Positions 59,499 to 64,000 of a DNA stretch of 64,000 nt are shown here, in pieces. The stretch's first letter is position 1, and each line of letters begins with the position of its first letter. Under the pieces are notes generated by a model, which saw only the letters and a list, made by a program, of their open reading frames with translations, searched no databases and was not told where the DNA came from. The stretch is from Nitrosopumilus sp. (GTDB lineage Archaea > Thermoproteota > Nitrososphaeria > Nitrososphaerales > Nitrosopumilaceae), in the NCBI GenBank assembly GCA_965214775.1, contig OZ243974.1:800001-864000 (forward strand), read 5' to 3'. The translations under genes were made by a program, and so were the position numbers.

Positions 59499-60617
59499 AT
59501 GGACAAGAAAATTCCAGGCTTGATTGCAGGGGCAGTTGTTGCCGCAATCATCTCCGGAGTATTTTTGACCCTTTCGGATTCCGAAGTGATATCCCAAGAA
59601 CCGAATGAAAAAATAGGTCTTGCAGTCAATGCCCCGTTCCAATCCGTATCACCGCAGCAGATTGACGGGATTTTTACTGATGCGTCGGCTACAGGAATCG
59701 GAAGAAGCAATGTCTACTTGTTTTGGAACATCATAGAGCCCCAGCGTGGAAACTTTGATTGGAGGCAGTCTGATATCCTGATGGGCCTCAATGAAAAAAA
59801 TGATCTCAGGGTAACTCTATACTTTTCAGTAATTAACGGGCCTACGCTAGGACCGTTTCCAGACTGGATTGGAAGGCCCCCACTCGGCTCAATTGGCCAG
59901 GACAGGCTGGTTAGCGTTCTAGATGAGGTTTTGTCAAGATACCACATCGTAGATACAGTAATCATTGCCGGAGAAACCGAATCACAGTTTAGAAATTCGC
60001 CAGAAGACATTCCCGTATATCAGGAATTGTTTTCAGGAGTTTATGACAGGCTAAAACAAAAGCATCCGGACGTAAAATTTGGCAATTCGTTTGGGCTTCA
60101 TCATGTCTTGAACAAGGGTTTAGATCACATAGTCACTGATCTTGCAATGGGCGATTTTGTCGCCTTTTCCTATTTTCCTGTAGACAGCCTAAATGACATC
60201 GTCAAGTCTCCAGAACAGGCAAAAGATGATTTGCTCAAGGTATTTGAAATGGTACCAGACAGAAAGGTGGCGTTTTTTGAAACCAGCTGGAGTTCTTCGG
60301 GTTTTGTAGGCGGCACTGAGACTTCCCAGCGGGAATTTTTGAAGGAGGCGTTTGAATTTTATTCAGAAAACGAGTCTCAGATCGAATTTATGACATGGTA
60401 TCGCCAATATGACAAGCCGGAAGGAACCTGTGCGTCTGAGCGTCAAGACGTGGGCGATGAAAGCATATCAATCGGGGGCGGCTCCGGCCTGGGCAGCAGT
60501 GATCATGTTATTGAACGGCTGAATCATTATGTCTGCAACGCAGGACTAGTCAGGACAGACGGAAGCCCAAAGCCCGCATGGAGTGAGTTCAAAAATCAGA
60601 TTGAATCGATAAAATAA
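59499..60617 (+). CDS. Membrane-anchored glycoside hydrolase-like TIM-barrel protein
   Basis: WNIIEPQRGNFDW, FFETSW and GL...DGSPKPAW motifs. Confidence 0.7.
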   Translation: MDKKIPGLIAGAVVAAIISGVFLTLSDSEVISQEPNEKIGLAVNAPFQSVSPQQIDGIFTDASATGIGRSNVYLFWNIIEPQRGNFDWRQSDILMGLNEKNDLRVTLYFSVINGPTLGPFPDWIGRPPLGSIGQDRLVSVLDEVLSRYHIVDTVIIAGETESQFRNSPEDIPVYQELFSGVYDRLKQKHPDVKFGNSFGLHHVLNKGLDHIVTDLAMGDFVAFSYFPVDSLNDIVKSPEQAKDDLLKVFEMVPDRKVAFFETSWSSSGFVGGTETSQREFLKEAFEFYSENESQIEFMTWYRQYDKPEGTCASERQDVGDESISIGGGSGLGSSDHVIERLNHYVCNAGLVRTDGSPKPAWSEFKNQIESIK

Positions 60618-60619
60618 GC

Positions 60620-61288
60620 ATGATCTCCCTAATTCTTTCAGAATCCTCATTAGAACTTGTTCCAGTCAAGTTAAGACGCCATCCCTCGGTAATTTCTCAT
60701 GCAAGAAAATTGGGCAAGCTTCCCTCGGAAATTTTGCTTGACAACTCTTGGCATTTTGCAGCAATGAAGGGAATGGAAAACGAACTTAAACGCGGCAGGC
60801 CTGATCTTGTACACTTTTCCATACTAGAGGCAACGACAATTCCGCTATACCTAAAAAACAGACTCAGGCTTTATGTTCATACGATTGATGACAGGGTGAT
60901 CTCCTTTAGTCAAAACATCCGCATCCCAAGGTCATATCACAGATTTGCAGGCTTGATTGAAAAGCTGTACAAAGAAAAGGAGATCTCCTCAGAGGAAGAA
61001 ACCTTACTGACAGTTAAGGATCAAACCTTTTCCGGACTGCTTCAAGAGATCAATCCCTCGAAAACCATAGGATTTTCCACCCGGGGGACTGCACAAACAT
61101 ACGAACAGTCGGCCTCGAAAATTCCCGAAGGCGGATGCATTGTCATTGGCGGCTTTCAGAAGGGGCATTTTTCCAACTCCGTCTCAGATAAAGTTGACGA
61201 GATTTACTCCGTCGGAGACGAATCCTTTGAGGGACATGTTGTTGTTGCCAGACTGCTGTACGAATGCGAAAAAACCATTTTTATGTAG
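60620..61288 (+). CDS. nep1: rRNA pseudouridine N1-methyltransferase Nep1/EMG1
   Basis: RGRPDLVH, RIPRSYHRF and IGGFQKGHF motifs. Confidence 0.93.
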   Translation: MISLILSESSLELVPVKLRRHPSVISHARKLGKLPSEILLDNSWHFAAMKGMENELKRGRPDLVHFSILEATTIPLYLKNRLRLYVHTIDDRVISFSQNIRIPRSYHRFAGLIEKLYKEKEISSEEETLLTVKDQTFSGLLQEINPSKTIGFSTRGTAQTYEQSASKIPEGGCIVIGGFQKGHFSNSVSDKVDEIYSVGDESFEGHVVVARLLYECEKTIFM

Positions 61289-61310
61289 GCGGCAAATTTT
61301 GCACTCTGTT

Positions 61311-61384
61311 GCAGCCATCGTATAGCCTGGTTAGTATTCGGGGTTTCCAACCCTGCGACGCGGGTTCGAATCCCGCTGACTGCA
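61311..61384 (+). tRNA. tRNA-Gly(TCC)
   Basis: Cloverleaf; anticodon loop TTTCCAA; GGTTCGAATCC. Confidence 0.93.
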
Positions 61385-61431
61385 CCCTTTATCACAACAA
61401 CGAATTAGTACCTGTTGCCCTGTGCTAGATT

Positions 61432-61734
61432 ATGAAACCCGCACTGCGGCAACTGGCCATTAAGCGAATGGGGATTTTAATCGACAATGCAATTAGTAAT
61501 TCAAAGTCAAACCCGGAACTTTCACAACGACAGGCGTTACTTGCAAGAAGGATTAGCACGAGGCACAAGATTCGGATGCCTTATAATCTGAGAATTGTTT
61601 TCTGCAAAAAATGTAAATCCTTTATCGCACCAGGACTGAACTCGCGAATCCGTGTTGGCAGGACCCCTGTCAAGTCGATCAGGATATCTTGCAACCTGTG
61701 CGGGCATACCTATCGCAAAATAATATCTCAATGA
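61432..61734 (+). CDS. rnp4: RNase P protein Rpp21
   Basis: FCKKC..FIAPG...CNLCG..YR. Confidence 0.9.
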   Translation: MKPALRQLAIKRMGILIDNAISNSKSNPELSQRQALLARRISTRHKIRMPYNLRIVFCKKCKSFIAPGLNSRIRVGRTPVKSIRISCNLCGHTYRKIISQ

Positions 61735-61764
61735 TTTATAAGACGATTCTCGATTTTTTGCTTC

Positions 61765-62217
61765 ATGGCAAAGGTATACGACGTACCGGCAGATGTGCTG
61801 ATTGGAAGACTCGCAGGGATTCTCAAAGATGAAGATATTCCTGCACCATCATGGATTCCGTTTGTAAAGACCGGCGCTCATGCTGACAAACCTCCCCAAG
61901 ACAGGGAATGGTGGCATACTAGATGTGCGTCATTGATGAGAAAAATTTACCTTCACGGGCCAATTGGAATTAATGGGTTAAGAAAAGAATATGGCGGCGG
62001 AAGACCGTCCGGATATGGCGCAGCCCATCACAGGGATGCAGGTGGTGCAATCATACGAAACGCCGTCCACGGCTTGGAAAGTCTTGGATACGTTGAAAAG
62101 GTTGAGAAAAAGGGAAGGGCGGTTTCAAAACAAGGAATGCAAAAACTAGACAAGCTGGCAACCGAGATTCTCAAAGAACTGGTTGTGGAAAATCCCCAGC
62201 TCAAGGTTTACAGATAG
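61765..62217 (+). CDS. rps19e: 30S ribosomal protein S19e
   Basis: VYDVPA...FVKTG...WWHTRCASLMRKIY. Confidence 0.97.
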   Translation: MAKVYDVPADVLIGRLAGILKDEDIPAPSWIPFVKTGAHADKPPQDREWWHTRCASLMRKIYLHGPIGINGLRKEYGGGRPSGYGAAHHRDAGGAIIRNAVHGLESLGYVEKVEKKGRAVSKQGMQKLDKLATEILKELVVENPQLKVYR

Positions 62218-62224
62218 ATTCAAA

Positions 62225-62509
62225 ATGAGCTTTCCAGAATCTGACCAACCGCCTCACGGCAATGATCAGGAAAACGAGTTGGCAGCTCAAAAAGAGCGAA
62301 TTCTGAGGCAGATTCTCAGTTCGGAGGCAAGAATGCGTTTGAACAACATCAAAATGGTAAAGCCCGAACTGTCTGATTTGGTGGAACAATACCTGATTGG
62401 AATGGCAACTCAGGGAAAACTCCCAGGTCAGCTGTCCGATGAGCAGCTAAAACAGATTCTGTTGTCCATTCAGCAGCCAAAGCGAGATTTTAAGATAAAC
62501 CGGGTCTGA
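62225..62509 (+). CDS. PDCD5-like dsDNA-binding protein
   Basis: ILSSEARMRLNNIKMVKPE. Confidence 0.92.
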   Translation: MSFPESDQPPHGNDQENELAAQKERILRQILSSEARMRLNNIKMVKPELSDLVEQYLIGMATQGKLPGQLSDEQLKQILLSIQQPKRDFKINRV

Positions 62510-62613
62510 TGCATCCAAGCAAAACGTGAATCAGAGGGATCGTTTTTGCATCGTTACAGGAGGACATGTTCAAAGCACCGTGTTTCCCGCCGTCCCCATT
62601 TTTACCAGATTTT

Positions 62614-63906
62614 TCAGCATGTTTTGCCCAGCTGTGATGATTCAGTCTTCAGAACTAACTCAGGGAGGCACCGGTGGAGGGGTTGGGGCAGCATCCTATA
62701 GTCCGATATGCCGCGCTTGATCACGTCCTTAAGGCACTGCCGGGTGATCAGGGGATCCTCGGTGGTGATCCCCGTCATGATCCTCATCATCGCGTTTGCC
62801 ATGACCCGCGCGTTGAAGACCGCAGCCGAGTACACAAAGTACAGCATCCTTACGACCGGGCTCTTGCTGTGGGTCCTGACCCTTGCGTTCTCTATCATCC
62901 TGTATCCGGCCTCGATCCCCCACCTGCAGCTGTACTCGTCCGGATTTATTCCGGGAACGTTGGTTGCAAATCCGATGAGTCACTCGTGTGCCGGCAGCTT
63001 CTCCGCCCCGGTCCTGCCTGACCTCTTCTTCCTTCTCTTTGTGATGACCATCGTGTATTGTGCGGACAGGGCAGCTCCGGATATGACCGACCCGGCCTCC
63101 TTTCTTTTTCCCTTTCTTTCATCGTGCTCGCTGATGGTGGCAACGACTACATCCGTGTTCTTGCACGGTATGATACATCTGACACCGGCCGCATCCAGCT
63201 CGGAGATGGCTGCTGCCGAGAAGAACTCGCGGCCCGGCATAACGACTCCGAGATCGGCGCCTATGCGGCGTGCAGAATGGATGATCTTGCGCACGAAACC
63301 GGCCGTATCCTCAAGGGCCGGCATCTGCAGTACGCCCAGCACGAGGCGGCAGTGCTCCGCAATGTACTGTATGGTGATGTAACGCTCAAAGACATGCGTT
63401 CCGCCCTTCTTCCTGGAGCGGACAAGCTCCCCGCCGTACTTTTTGTCGTAGCGCGGTATCAGGTGCATGTCTATTGCCGCATCCAGCTTTTGGCCCCTTG
63501 TGATCATCCCAGTTTCCCTCAGCTGATCCAGCTGCCGGCCCACGGTTTCTGCAAGGCAGTCTTGGATCTGGCCGGGCTCGGATTTTATGGCGACGCTGCG
63601 GATCCACTCGTCGGTGGGACTGCGAAACAGTCCCGGGGCCGTCGGCACCTCGCGCGCGGACATCGTGCAGCCGGCCACCTGCCCGTTGGATACGGCCGCG
63701 CGCGTCAGGCACCCGGTAAAGTCGTCTGCAGTGTAGATGGAGTTGTGCTTGTCCGAGACCCTGATGCACGGGGCCATGCCGTCGCTGACGGTCTCCAGTA
63801 TATCTTGATATATGCGCGGGTTGTTAAGAGCATCACGTCTCAGTTGGTTCTTTTGGTAAGGCATGAGTGCCTTCTGGGACGCTCCTAATTGATCTGTTTC
63901 GGTCAA
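62614..63906 (-). pseudogene. ISH3-like transposase with an in-frame TGA at 62980-62982
   Basis: AAIDMH; altered second Asp motif (MPGREF); Y..RWGIEAGYR in frame after the stop. Confidence 0.85.
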
Positions 63907-63940
63907 AATGTACCATTTTGGGTTGCTTCTGGGAAGACTG
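62643..63940 (-). mobile_element. ISH3-like IS (CAGT ends), defective
   Basis: CAGTCTTCCCAGAAG at 63926-40; degenerate CAGTCTTCAGAA at 62643; no TSD. Confidence 0.75.
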
Positions 63941-64000
63941 TGGAGATCATCATCCTAGCGTACCCTCTCCTTGTTCCAGTAAGGTGAATTGCATTTCTTG

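Overview
Window from an ammonia-oxidising archaeon (Nitrososphaerota, Nitrosopumilaceae-like). Evidence: SlaA S-layer, PEFG-CTERM and CFI-box proteins, many IPxWIKxxAxWW surface domains, Nep1/Rpp21/S19e. The load of IS elements and MITEs is unusually heavy and suggests a host-associated lineage (inference). Host content: S-layer locus, a Zn/Mn/Ni uptake and regulator cluster, a long copper/surface-protein cluster, a MoxR-DUF58-VWA operon, rhomboid, thiolase, class II RNR with a LAGLIDADG intein, tRNA-Gly and translation genes. Mobile content: IS630 (two types), IS481, IS5, ISH3-like, IS110 remnants and at least seven MITE families. Main finding: two IS110/IS1111-type remnants (7934-8417 minus; 34793-35154 plus) share a conserved upstream non-coding region with compensatory stems. 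Its variable internal loops match each copy's own insertion junction, which is the signature of a bridge RNA. One copy is a 484-bp non-autonomous element. Both guides point at ends of other mobile elements, and the MITE family targeted by copy 2 has itself inserted into that copy's recombinase gene. All alignments and folds were done by eye; no searches were run.
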